Source: Bdellovibrionales bacterium (GTDB lineage Bacteria; Bdellovibrionota; Bdellovibrionia; Bdellovibrionales; JAMPXM01). Taken from it: DNA of 16,156 bases. The notes under the pieces are model-generated. The model saw only the letters and a list, made by a program, of their open reading frames with translations. It did not search any database and was not told where the DNA came from. This document shows positions 15,986 to 16,156 of this stretch, in pieces. Numbering within the stretch: position 1 is the first letter of the stretch; every line of letters begins with the position of its first letter. Made by a program: the position numbers and the translations under genes. Location: NCBI GenBank assembly GCA_043739185.1, contig JAYUEN010000198.1, positions 1 to 16,156 of the forward strand. The letters are read 5' to 3'.

Positions 15986-16156
15986 CTTTTGAGAGCATTT
16001 CAAATGCGACAGCATAATTCATAATTTGTTTAATCATAGCGTTGAGCCCATTGGCCCTACTTGGGGATAAATGAGTTCCCAAATCAATTTCTAAAATAAA
16101 TTGCGGTGGAAACTTCAATATTTCAGAAGCTTTTTCAAAATCATAAACCTTCATAA
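15972..16156 (-). CDS. sufE: SufE family Fe-S cluster assembly protein, C-terminal part (truncated by window edge)
   Basis: LGTHLSPSRANGLNAMIKQI matches the SufE C-terminal LSPxRxNG motif. Confidence 0.8.
   Translation of the reverse strand, partial: MKVYDFEKASEILKFPPQFILEIDLGTHLSPSRANGLNAMIKQIMNYAVAFEMLSKAKIQ

Overview
A gene-dense, AT-rich bacterial chromosomal segment, most likely from a Bdellovibrionota (Bdellovibrio-like) organism. This is an inference from the FQNC-type lipoprotein, the 'MGKGWK' YebC N-terminus and the sigma-28-like promoters. Left to right it holds: a thiolase-scoA-scoB acetoacetate/CoA-transfer operon (thiolase truncated by the window edge); a cNMP-binding Crp/Fnr-like protein; an unusual Ser/Leu/Gly/Ala helical-repeat lipoprotein; a full-length aldehyde-dehydrogenase homologue that appears to lack its catalytic residues; a His-rich CDF metal exporter coupled to an orphan PotD-like solute-binding protein; an FQNC lipoprotein; an orphan OppA-like protein; a GAF/HD-GYP phosphodiesterase coupled to two tandem PTPS/QueD paralogues; a secreted protein; an RsuA-family pseudouridine synthase; a DUF455 ferritin-like protein; yebC; and the 3' end of sufE. 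I found no rRNA, tRNA, CRISPR array or mobile element. The best candidates for new biology are the HD-GYP + double-PTPS operon (possible pterin-linked cyclic-dinucleotide signalling), the ALDH pseudoenzyme, the helical-repeat lipoprotein, and three separate arrays of phased palindromic operator-like repeats in intergenic DNA.
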